This document shows positions 32,416-48,853 of a stretch of 64,000 nucleotides of DNA, piece after piece (the stretch's first letter is position 1; each line of letters starts with the position of its first letter). Position numbers and translations under genes: made by a program. Source of the stretch: Macrostomum lignano. Its lineage: Eukaryota. The notes beneath the pieces are model-generated. The model made no database searches and was not told the origin of the DNA. It saw only the letters and a list, made by a program, of their open reading frames with translations. The stretch lies in assembly GCA_002269645.1 (NCBI GenBank), contig NIVC01000246.1, positions 62,001 to 126,000 of the forward strand. The letters run 5' to 3'.

Positions 32416-32911
32416 TCAGACACACACGGGCAAGAGGAAAGCTAAACTGTTTATCGGCCTGGCTCGTGGCTGGGACCTAGGGTGACCTTTTTCTCTCTTG
32501 CTCGCTATGCACACGCACTGGATTTGGTTTTTCAAGTTATTCTGCAATCTTCAGTACTAAGTACTTAATTTCGAGCCCTGAGGCAGTCTGGAGTCGGTAA
32601 AACAGGATGAAGATGTTAATTTAATAGGTCTTCTACAGCGATTGCTGCAGTTTTAAGAACTTTAAAAAATATTGTAAAATCTAACTAGTTACTTGTAGTT
32701 AAGTGTCCGTCTGGCTTTTTAAATGTCTAATGTATAATGCAATTCGTTGTTTTTAAATTATTTCTTCGTATTAGTTAAATAATAATCCTGCAGTGCAATG
32801 ACTGCAACTTGCTAAACCAAAAACTGCACCAGTGTTTTTCTATCTTGTTTTAGTACTTTTAATCGGGGAAATCAGCCTTGATTTGCCTGGATAATATTAA
32901 ATGATACCGAA

Positions 32912-34468
32912 TGACCTACTGAGGCTAGCTCTATGACCCACGGAGGATAGCTCTATTACCCACGGAGGATAGCTCTATGACCCACGGAGGATAGCTCTAT
33001 GACCCACGGAGGATAGCTCTATGACCCACGGGGGATAGCTCTATGACCTAATGAGGCTAGCTCTATGACCCACGGAGGATAGCTCTATGACCTACGGAGG
33101 ATAGCTCTATGACCCACGGAGGATAGCTCTATGACCCACGGAGGATAGCTCTATGACCCACGGAGGATAGCTCTATGACCCACGGAGGATAGCTCTATGA
33201 CCCACGGAGGATAGCTCTATGACCCACGGAAGATAGCTCTATGACCCACGGAGGATAGCTCTATGACCCACGGAAGATAGCTCTATGACCTACTGAGGCT
33301 AGCTCTATGACCCACGGAGGATAGCTCTATGACCCACGGAGGATAGCTCTATGACCCAAGGAAGATAGCTCTATGACCCACGGAGGATAGCTCTATGACC
33401 CACGGAGGATAGCTCTATGACCCACGGAGGATAGCTCTATGACCTACGGAGGATAGCTCTATGACCCACGGAGGATAGCTCTATGACCCACGGAGGATAG
33501 CTCTATGACCTACGGAGGATAGCTCTATGACCTACGGAGGATAGCTCTATGACCCACGGAGGATAGCTCTATGACCCACGGAGGATAGCTCTATGACCCA
33601 CGGAGGATAGCTCTATGACCCACGGAGGATAGCTCTATGACCCACGGAAGATAGCTCTATGACCCACGGAGGATAGCTCTATGACCCACGGAAGATAGCT
33701 CTATGACCTACTGAGGCTAGCTCTATGACCCACGGAGGATAGCTCTATGACCCACGGAGGATAGCTCTATGACCCAAGGAAGATAGCTCTATGACCCACG
33801 GAGGATAGCTCTATGACCCACGGAGGATAGCTCTATGACCCACGGAGGATAGCTCTATGACCTACGGAGGATAGCTCTATGACCCACGGAGGATAGCTCT
33901 ATGACCCACGGAGGATAGCTCTATGACCCACGGAGGATAGCTCTATGACCTACGGAGGATAGCTCTATGACCCACGGAGGATAGCTCTATGACCCACGGA
34001 GGATAGCTCTATGACCCACGGAGGATAGCTCTATGACCCACGGAGGATAGCTCTATGACCCACGGAAGATAGCTCTATGACCCACGGAGGATAGCTCTAT
34101 GACCTACTGAGGCTAGCTCTATGACCCACGGAGGATAGCTCTATGACCCACGGAGGATAGCTCTATGACCCACGGAAGATAGCTCTATGACCCACGGAGG
34201 ATAGCTCTATGACCCACGGAGGATAGCTCTATGACCTACGGAGGATAGCTCTATGACCCACGGAGGATAGCTCTATGACCCACGGAGGATAGCTCTAAGA
34301 CCCACGGAGGATAGCTCTATGACCCACGGAGGATAGCTCTATGACCCACGGAGGATAGCTCTATGACCCACGGAGGATAGCTCTATGACCCACGGAGGAT
34401 AGCTCTATGACCCACGGAGGATAGCTCTATGACCCACGGAGAATAGCTTTATGACCAACTGAGGATAG
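32912..34468. repeat. 22-bp satellite GAGGATAGCTCTATGACCCACG x ~70
   Basis: Direct reading. Confidence 0.97.
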
Positions 34469-34979
34469 CAGAATGGACTGTGGACTGGGTGTCTGTTAGG
34501 CTATGGCTTTAATTGCAAGCTGTGACGCTTGGAAATCAGGCAGGTTGCGGCTCAGATGAAGCAGCAGTTTGTACTCCTGTTGGAACGGCAAATCTGTCAC
34601 TCATCAGCAGGTACCTGGTCACCTACGTGGTTTTCTCTGTACATCGTGGTGAAAGTAACGGAGGGAAAAATGACACAGAATACTTTGAGTTATAGCAAAT
34701 TTCCAAGTTTAAAAAATTTCCCGGGAAACTCAACAGTCAGTGTGTTGTATTGTACTTTATTCATCCGATGCATAACATTTTCACGGTCAGTTGTTGAAAT
34801 AACAAATATTACCGGGTGTATATACATTTACGCATATAAGATAAATAGAAAATTCTTTAAAGGAAAACAAATGTATGGTCATATGCGAATATACTATAGC
34901 AGAAACTTATAAGCTTGGTCGAATAGTTCGGAATGCATCATGTTTAAACATGTGCAAATAAATAATTTGAGCTCTAGCG

Positions 34980-39707
<4,728 letters not shown>

Positions 39708-39887
39708 ATCAGATTTGAGTCCCGGATATCAAGATAGAATTTCAGATTTCCCAACTACGAGTAGAATAGCAAATTCCCGACAGAGCTATATATTAGACTC
39801 CCGCCTGCACCGACCCGCCTATCCCCTGTTCTTTTCTCACAAATCCCCCCACCCCACTGCCTCCCTCCCGTCAAGAGCTGTCGGTCG

Positions 39888-39901
39888 GTTGTCATGGCAA
39901 C
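39888..39901. promoter_or_regulatory. Putative RFX X-box upstream of the CAP gene
   Basis: GTTGTCATGGCAAC, ~180 nt upstream of ATG 39707. Confidence 0.45.
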
Positions 39902-40785
39902 AAAAATGCACACACACAGAGAGCCTTAGTCCAGTCTATAGTTGAACAGTTGGGACAGACGGAGCGTCTCGGGGAAATTCTCGCCAAGCCGTGGACTACT
40001 AGATGAAGCATCTGGAACTGGAAACTGACTGGGAGGCGGGGCTCGACCATATGGACAAAGTAGATTTCATCGTAGACTGTAATCTTAAATCTTGTAGATT
40101 GAACTTAAAAGTGTTTTTCACCGAAAATTTTACACTTAACTATAATTCGTAACTTAGAATCAGTGTTGTCAGCGCTCATTTTAGCGTCGCAGATACTCAT
40201 TTTTGGCGCCGCAGGCGCTATATTTTGTCACCCTTGAAGCAAAATTATTGATTTCCATAACAGGTCACAAGATAGGGTGGGGCGGGGGACAAAGCATTGA
40301 CATTATTAGAGACTGGTTAGTACGCTCGTAGTAGACTACTGCTGTACATATTAAAAGTTCAATCTAAATAGAAGCCAGCCAAGCTTCCAATCCAGATGCG
40401 CTGTCCAGTAATCCATGGTCAGCCAACCCCCTCCACAATGGGAGGCGAAGCAAACAAACTGCTGGCTTGGTTTTAGCCAAGAGCTATAGCAGGGGAAGGG
40501 AGGGGCGAGGAGAACGAATCAAGCGCCGCTGTCACACCGTGTCTGTACTGGGGTTGCCGCAGGGCTGCCGGTCTGTCAATTCTGCAGCTGCTGACGAGTT
40601 GATGAAGCCACGCTGACGGACAAGTGGTCCACGAGAGGTAGCTAAGCACTCACACCTGACTCTTAATTAGTTAATTAGCGGCTTGCCTGTTTCAGCTTGG
40701 GTTCTGTCTGCAGTCTTTTGCTAACTTCTAGCAAGACTTCATTTTTTAACCGCAGCAATTTCATTCACCAACTTGCAACAGTTGA

Positions 40786-41535
40786 TGACTCTTTAGCGGT
40801 CACTCACTCTGATCAGCTGCATTCACCAATCACTCACTCACTCTGATCAGCTGCATTCACCAATCACTCACTCTGATCAGCTGCATTCACCAATCACTCA
40901 CTCTGATCAGCTGCATTCACTAATCACTCACTCACTCTGATCAGCTGCATTCACCAATCACTCACTCACTCTGATCAGCCGCATTCACCAATCACTCACT
41001 CACTCTGATCAGCCGCATTCACCAATCACTCACTCTGATCAGCTGCATTCACCAATCACTCACTCACTCTGATCAGCTGCATTCCATAATCACTCACTCA
41101 CTCTGATCAGCCGCATTCACCAATCACTCACTCTGATCAGCTGCATTCACCAATCACTCACTCACTCTGATCAGCTGCATTCACCAATCACTCACTCACT
41201 CTGATCAGCTGCATTCACCAATCACTCACTCTGATCAGCTGCATTCACCAATCACTCACTCACTCTGATCAGCCGCATTCACCAATCACTCACTCTGATC
41301 AGCCACATTCACCAATCACTCACTCTGATCAGCCGCATTCACCAATCACTTCACTCTGATCAGCCGCATTCACCAATCAATCACTCTGATCAGCCGCATT
41401 CACCAATCACTCACTCTGATCAGCCGCATTCACCAATCACTTCACTCTGATCAGCCGCATTCACCAATCAATCACTCTGATCAGCCGCATTCACCAATCA
41501 CTCACTCACTTTAATCTGATCAGTCACATTCACCA
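40786..41535. repeat. 30/34-bp repeat CACTCTGATCAGCTGCATTCACCAATCACT(CACT) x ~23
   Basis: Direct reading. Confidence 0.93.
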
Positions 41536-42289
41536 ATGACACACTATAGTTACTCAACCGCTTAACAAAAAGCGAAAACAAAGACACGAGACTTATTTGA
41601 CTGATAGAAGACAGTATAAAATAAAAGTAAAGCTGAAGTTACACAGCATACATTATATTATTTAGATTAGTCGCAAATCAGGAACGACTATTAACATGAC
41701 TGAGCTATTATATATAATAGATGGCAGATTAGTTAATATTGGCAGAGCCTGACATAGCAAACCGTATCACATACAAGCATAGCGAATGTAAAAGCAATCG
41801 CAGTTAAAGAAATTTACATATTTATTAAGCCGTCCACCAAGAACTAAAATACTGCATATCAAAATAACCTGTCTATGAAGCAAGAGGAGGAGGTTATGAA
41901 AAGAGTCTGTATGCACGCAAGCTAGCAGGACTAGCAGGTAGGCTTAGAAAAAATAGCTTGATTTCAAGGCCAAGCTATAAGTTTGCTCTACAGTACCTTG
42001 AGCAATAAAGTTTTGCCCCAAAATCAAATAGAATTGGTAATGCAAGCGATACTAAAAAAATAGCATTAGCATCCACTCTATAATTTCGCAGTTGAATTTT
42101 ACAAGTTATTAGTGAAAAAATTGAGGTCAAGTTAGCACAATTAACAGATTAGGAAGAAAGCAGATAATCGGCACCAATCAGAAGATAATGATGCATAACA
42201 GTGATAATTCTGTACTACTACTGCGGCTCATAGCGTACAGAAAGACCTGCACAGGTCGAAATCAGAAGCTGGCGCCACCGACACACATA

Positions 42290-43150
42290 ACGGCACAATT
42301 GACTCATACCGGCACAGCCGACACTTACACCCGCGCCACCGACACTCATACCGGAACTACCGACACTCATACCAGCGCAACCGACACTTATACCCGCGCC
42401 ACCGACACTCATACCGGAACTACCGACACTCATACCAGCGCAACCGACACTCACACCCACGCCACCGACACTCATACCGGAGCCGCCGACACTCATACCG
42501 GAACTACCGACACTTATACCGGAGCCGCCGACAGTCATACCGGAGCCACCGACACTTATACCGGCGCTAATGACACTCATACCGGAGCCACCGACACTCA
42601 TACCGGCGCTAATGACACTCATACCGGAGCCACCGACACTTATACCGGCGCTAATGACACTCATACCGGAGCCACCGACACTTATACCGGTGCTAATGAC
42701 ACTCATACCGGAGCCACCGACACTCATACCGGCGCTAATGACACTCATACCGGAGCCACCGACACTCATACCGGAGCCACCGACACTCATACCGGAGCCG
42801 CCGACAGTCATACCGGAGCCACCGACACTTATACCGGCGCTAATGACACTCATACCGGAGCCACCGACACTTATACCGGCGCTACTGACACTCATACCGG
42901 AGCCACCGACACTCATACCGGAGCCACCGACACTTATACCGGAGCCGCTGACACTCATACCGGAACCACCGACACTCATACCGGAGCCACCGACACTTAT
43001 ACCGGCGCTACTGACACTCATACCGGAGCCACCGACACTTATACCGGCGCTACTGACACTCATACCGGCGCCACCGACACTTACACCGGCGCCACCGACA
43101 GTCACGGGCGCCACCGGCGCCACCGACAGTCACCGGCGCCACCGACACTC
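42290..43150. repeat. 21-bp repeat CCGACACTCATACCGGAGCCA x ~40
   Basis: Direct reading; gives stop-free frames on both strands. Confidence 0.93.
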
Positions 43151-43426
43151 GCGCCCCTATACAAGTACAAAAAGTTTTACCTCAAACATCTAGTTAATAA
43201 TTAATAGTCAATCAAGCCGAGGTCTAATGTACTGCAATTCAATAAACAGTATAATGCCGAAAAATTAAGCGCAATGCATTGCACGTAAATATGAAGCTAA
43301 CAGAAGTATAGTGAATCCGCCATGCAGTACAATATAGTATTGTTTTGGAGTTCCTGACTTGCGATAACAAGAGGTAGCGACTCGTAGGAATGTCGACTAC
43401 GGCTTTGAAAGAATTGGATGGACTAG

Positions 43427-43762
43427 CGGCACTGAAGGAATGGGGGTTGCGGCACTGAAGGAATGGGGGTTGCGGCACTGAAGGAATGGGGGTTGCGGCA
43501 CTGAAGGAATGGGGGTTGCGGCACTGAAGGAATGGGGGTTGCGGCACTGAAGGAATGGGGGTTGCGGCACTGAAGGAATGGGGGTTGCGGCACTGAAGGA
43601 ATGGGGGTTGCGGCACTGAAGGAATGGGGGTTGCGGCACTGAAGGAATGGGGGTTGCGGCACTGAAGGAATGGGGGTTGCGGCACTGAAAGAATGGGGGT
43701 TGCGGCACTGAAGGAATGGGGGTTGCGGCACTGAAGGAATGGGGGTTGCGGCACTGAAGGAA
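43427..43762. repeat. 23-bp repeat GCGGCACTGAAGGAATGGGGGTT x ~14
   Basis: Direct reading; ~45 nt past the ENT stop. Confidence 0.95.
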
Positions 43763-43806
43763 AGATAACTCAGAACACGCCACAGGACACAGCCACAGTA
43801 CTCCAG

Positions 43807-46800
43807 TCACAGCAGCGTGGTGAACACAAACGAAGCCGCAGATCCCGTTCCCAGTCCCAGGGTCAGAAAGAAGCTCATCAACGCGCCGTACAATTCGGCA
43901 TTCTGAATCTCGGCTGCGGCGGCGCCTCGAGTCATGCTCAGAGCGCCCAGGTAACCGTTGCTAAGGCCGAACAGGCTGACAAGGATGGGCAGAGCGGCGT
44001 CAGAAGTGAACGCTGGCGGGATCGCCCACTGCCGCCTGGGCTGGTAGTTGCAGGCCAGGAATAGGGGAACAAAGACCAGCCTGAGCAGGGCCAGGCCGGC
44101 AAGCAGGCGATTTGAGCTGGGCAATGAGAAGCTGACAAAACACCTGCCCAGCAGGTCGGCAGCGTTGAATGCCAGGAAGCAGGCCAGCGGGACAAAATAG
44201 AGCGAGTCAGGCCTGGCAACTGAGCTGACCGAGCTGAGCAGGGCCGGGTAGAGGCTGAGCGACACCGCGAACACCATGAATACGGACAGGGCCGGCCAGG
44301 CCAAGTCGGACAGCGCCCGGCGCCAGGTGGCCGGCTGGCCGGACAGTGACAGGCTGCTACCGGCAGATGGCAGGCTGGAGTCGTAGGAGATGCCTGCGGT
44401 GCAATGTGGGTTTGGAGACATTCTTAAGCATTCTTGAAGACATTCTCCTCATCCATTGAGAGAATGGCAGTGACCCAGCTTTATGATCTGGTGTTGGCGG
44501 CCTAGCAACTGAGGATCCTGGGGTGTTGGCCTAGCAACTGAGGATCTCGGGGGGTGTTGGCCTAGCAACTGAGGATCTTGGTGGGTGTCGGCCTAGCAAC
44601 TGAGGATCTTGGCGGGTGTCAGCCTAGCAACTGAGGATCTTGGCGGGTGTCAGCCTAGCAACTGAGGATCTTGGCGGGTGTCGGCCTAGCAACTGAGGAT
44701 CTTGGCAGGTGTCGCCCTAGCAACTGAGAATCTGGGGGTGTCGGCCTAGCAACTGAGGATCTTGGCAGGTGTTGGCCTAGCAACTGAGGATCTTGGCGAG
44801 TGTCGGCCTAGCAACTGAGGATCTTGGCGAGTGTCGGCCTAGCAACTGAGGATCCGGGGGTGTCGGCCTAGCAACTGAGGATCCGGGGGTGTTGGCCTAG
44901 CAACTGAGGATCTTGGCGAGTGTCGGCCTAGCAACTGAGGATCCGGGGGTATCGGCCTAGCAACTGAGGATCCGGGGGTGTTGGCCTAGCAACTGAGGAT
45001 CCGGGGAGGGTGTCAGCCTAGCAGATAGGGATCCGGGAGGGCGACAGCGACCCAGAGTGAGGATCTGGAACTGAATCATTTACGCAGTAGTAGTGCCGAG
45101 TGCATAAACCACAATAATGCATGTTAGCCAACAAAAACTCGATAAGATTAGATTTTCACGAGGCCCTGGGCCGCGACAATATTAGAAGAATGCAACAGTG
45201 GTGAGCAGTTAGCAAACGATTTGTTATCGCTACTGAAAAACAACGTTGAAATTTGAAAATCTGAAACAAATGTTAAACTAGCAGTCAGCAATTACGTGTC
45301 GGCCTGGTTGCCCTGATGGTCCTGAGCCGAATTGGTCTATCTGTATAAGACAAATAATAAGCGAACAGATTTACTAAACATTTCAGAATGCGAGTATATA
45401 CTCGTAGATAGCTTTCTATGGCTGGTGAATGGTGAGAACGATTTTGATATCGATAAAAACAATTAGGATCGAGCTTTGTACTCATTGACGCACTCACTTT
45501 GCGATCTGTTCACCTGCTCTCGAACGAATGGCAGCCTACGCAGCGCCAGGTAGGCCAGCAGGCACAGTAGAAGTACGCAGGTGGCTGATACAAAGTACAC
45601 GAGGCCCGCTGATAGAGCGCCAGAGCCAAGGCTTAGGCTGGCTATGTACACCAGGGCGGCTGTGACACCACCGCTGGCCTGGCCCTGCGGGTGGTTTGTA
45701 GGGTGACCTGAGTGGGGGGGGACACTGGAGTGTCAGTGGGGGCACTGGAGTGTCAGTAGGGACACTGGAGTGTCAGTGGGGGGGCACTGGAGTGTCACTG
45801 GGGGACACTGGAGTGTCAGTGGGGACACTGGAGTGTCAGTGGGGACACTGGAGTGTCAGTGGGGACACTGGAGTGTCAGTGGGGACACTGGAGTGTCAGT
45901 GGGGGCACTGGAGTGTCAGTGGGGGACACTGGAGTGTCAGTGGGGGACACTGGAGTGTCAGTGGGGGAAACAGGAGTGTCAGTGGGGCACACTAGAGTGT
46001 CAGTGGGGGGCACTGGAGTGTCAGCTCACCTGCATCAGCGCGGTAACATATTTATGAGTAAACATGGCAGCCAGACCGAATAGCGAGCCCTGCACGAGGG
46101 CGGCTCCGATGTTTACTGCCATCACGGAGGCCATGGTGCACCAGAAGAAAGCGGTTTGGTCTGTGGGCAGCAAAAGATTAAAATGGGAAATCAAACAATG
46201 ATGAATGATGACCTCTCATTTATAAAGAGAACTTCATGGTTTAACCATATACCGGTGTTTGTAGATACTAACAGGAAACCGAAATTTGAGCGATTTTAAA
46301 GTGACTCATAGCGTTTTAAAGTCACTAATACTGCGAAGCTACTACTACTACTTGCTACTACTACTACTGCTGCTTGCTACTACTACATCTACTACTGCTA
46401 CAACTACTGCTGCTACTACTACTATTACTAATAATAATAATACTAAAACCCAGCCTCACAGTCGTCGGTGTCAACACAGACGAACGCAGCGGTGGCGGCA
46501 AACACGGCAATCATCAAACAGAGGCCGGCCAGCAGGCGGGTGGCCTGCCCAATCCGCTTGGTAACAGCAGCGTTGGCCAGGGTGAAGACTATATTAGGCA
46601 GATTTGAGAACACGGCCAAGTAGTTCTCAAATGTCAATTGCAGGTAAGTTGTACCGCCACCATCCTCGGTGCTATCGGCGCTGACATTTCTCAGCTTGAA
46701 GTTAAAGTAGCCTTTTGCGGTTGTGAAAAAATTCCAAGGCAGCAGCGAGCCGATGCCTAGGAAGAAGAATAGAAACAGAGCGGCGTTGAATGAGTCCTGA

Positions 46801-47015
46801 CTGCCGCGGCCGCCGCCAGCGCATCCGCTGTAGTACAGATGCACACTCTCGCTGCCGGCTCCATTCAGCAGCGGGGTGGTGACGCTGTTGTCACTCGCGT
46901 CTACATTGTTGTCAGTGTTGCCGATCGCCTCGTCTGAATCCAGCTGCTCGGAGTCGTCCACCTCGTCGCAGTTCACCGGCAGCGGCTGCTCGGGCTGATG
47001 ACGGCGTTTCAGCAT
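43807..47015 (-). CDS. ENT: Equilibrative nucleoside transporter (SLC29 family), 486 aa; exons 47015-46460, 46160-46030, 45684-45498, 44393-43807
   Basis: [22 protein letters not shown] (TM1), [63 protein letters not shown]. Exon lengths 556+131+187+587 = 1461 nt, in frame with GT-AG junctions. Confidence 0.93.
44500..45030. repeat. Intronic 29-31-bp repeat CCTAGCAACTGAGGATCTTGGCGGGTGTCGG x ~17
   Basis: Direct reading. Confidence 0.92.
45712..46025. repeat. Intronic 20-21-bp repeat (CCACTGACACTCCAGTGTCCC on minus) x ~15
   Basis: Fills ENT intron 2 from donor +5. Confidence 0.93.
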
Positions 47016-47069
47016 CGCGCACGGCCCCGGCCTGCAGCGAGCATGTCGGGAACTGCTTTGTGTCGCTAT

Positions 47070-47570
47070 CCTCCCACCTGTGTGTCTTGCTGTCCTCCCA
47101 CCTGTGTGTCTTGCTGTCCTCCCACCTGTGTGTCTTGCTGTCCTCCCACCTGTGTGTCTTGCTGTCCTCCCACCTGTGTGTCTTGCTGTCCTCCCACCTG
47201 TGTGTCTTGCTGTCCTCCCACCTGTGTCTCTTGCACTGTCTTGCTGTCCCCCCCAACCTGTGTCTCTTGCACTGTCCTACTGTGTCCCCCAACCTGTGTC
47301 TCTTGCACTGTCCTGCTATGCCCCCCCAACCTGTGTCTCTTGCACTGTCTTGCTATGCCCCCCCAACCTGTGTCTCTTGCACTGTCTTGCTGTGTCCCCC
47401 CAACTTGTGTCTCTTGCACTGTCTTGCTGTGTCCCCCCAACTTGTGTCTCTTGCACTGTCGTGCTGTGTCCCCCCAACCTGTGTCTCTTGCACTGTCCTG
47501 CTGTGGCCTCCCTCCACCTGTGTCTCTTGCACTGTCCTGCTGTGTCCTCCCTCCACCTGTGTGTGTCCTG
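47070..47570. repeat. 24-bp then ~32-bp related minisatellites upstream of ENT
   Basis: CTCCCACCTGTGTGTCTTGCTGTC x ~6, then CCCCAACCTGTGTCTCTTGCACTGTCTTGCTG-type units. Confidence 0.9.
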
Positions 47571-48272
47571 CACTCTGCCTTGCATCTTTCCTTTCTACTT
47601 CTTAACTGTCCCTTTTCATTTCACTTCTAATACTAATATAACATGGGATGCATGAAAATAAATATGTAACTAACAGTAGGCATGCTGCAACAGGGTAGTA
47701 TTGAAATTAATTATTATTAAAAATGATTACAGCACACAAGCAGCTTTCAGTCAAGATGCACTTTTTAAACAGCGTAATGAATTTATAGCAGTATAAAATT
47801 AATGAAATACTTAAGAAAATTAAAATGTTGCCTCAAAGTTATAAGAAAGATAAACGTCTAATTGTGAGGACTGCAGAGTTAAATCACAATGGATAGAAAA
47901 AAAGCAAGAGAAAATTGATGACATCGGGAAGACAGCAACAGCAGCGTTTAAAGTACAAAAGGCAGAGAGGAAAAGTTTGGATAGTGCAATTTGACAGATT
48001 AAAGCATTATTAAATTTGTTATTTGTTTCAAGGGTTAAACAATCGAAGTTATGCAACATCTGACCTTGACAGCCAATTAAACCAGGGGTCGGTAGATCTG
48101 TTTTACTTCAAAGGCCAGAAAGCCAATGTAGCTCATGGCTAGAGAGGAAAGGATAGGGAATAAAAGAGATGACACAAACCTTGAGCAGGTCATATCGCTA
48201 TTGTACTCGTAAAGTTTCAAAATGCCTTAGGGCCGGATAGAGTCTTTGGTAAGAGGAAACAATGGTCTAAAG

Positions 48273-48467
48273 CAGGGGTCCGCGTGCCACATGCGGCCAG
48301 GCAAGCCTCTTCATCCAGCCCATGCTCTAATCTTCTCAGCTAGTCTCAGCTCTCCTCTCCAATCGTCTCTCCTCTCTCTTTCTATCTTCTCTCTCCCGCT
48401 CTCTGACCCGCAGTCATGCGCTAGATTCTTCATCGGGCCCTTGAGGTTAAAGGTTTGCCAACCCCTG
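48273..48467. mobile_element. Possible hAT(Charlie)-like MITE remnant
   Basis: CAGGGGT...ACCCCTG ends; a second CAGGGGTC at 48083; no matching TSD. Confidence 0.3.
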
Positions 48468-48853
48468 GTGTAATGCATCTATACAGAAAGGTGTAAAAAA
48501 TGATAAGAATAGAGCCGAAACAAGAGAGTCGCGCGAATGAACGGTAAAAGGTATCCGCTAAATAAAAGTACATAAATTAAGATTAGAACTACAAGTACTC
48601 AGGGGGTACTTACCAACTAACCGGATTGGACCCCGAATTTTAAAGTCAATATACAATTTATAATACTTCCAAATAAGTCTAATTAAATTCGCGATTTTCG
48701 TATCCCTTTTTCGCGAAAAGTAAGAATCATAAAATGAAAATATAACACAATAGATGAGTGCAGAATCTAATCGGTGAAAACTGTATTTATTAATAATGAC
48801 AAGTTATAACTTAACGCCTACACAAAAGAACAGTTGGGAGAGGAGTGTGTTTT

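Noticed and set aside
32912-34468. CRISPR-like array (also considered for the other arrays)
   Set aside because: Units are head-to-tail with no unique spacers, there are no cas genes, and the context is eukaryotic.
45285-45345. Extra small ENT exon
   Set aside because: The phases do not fit; the donor A|GTGAGT at 45497 joins exon 3 directly to the phase-1 acceptor at 44394.
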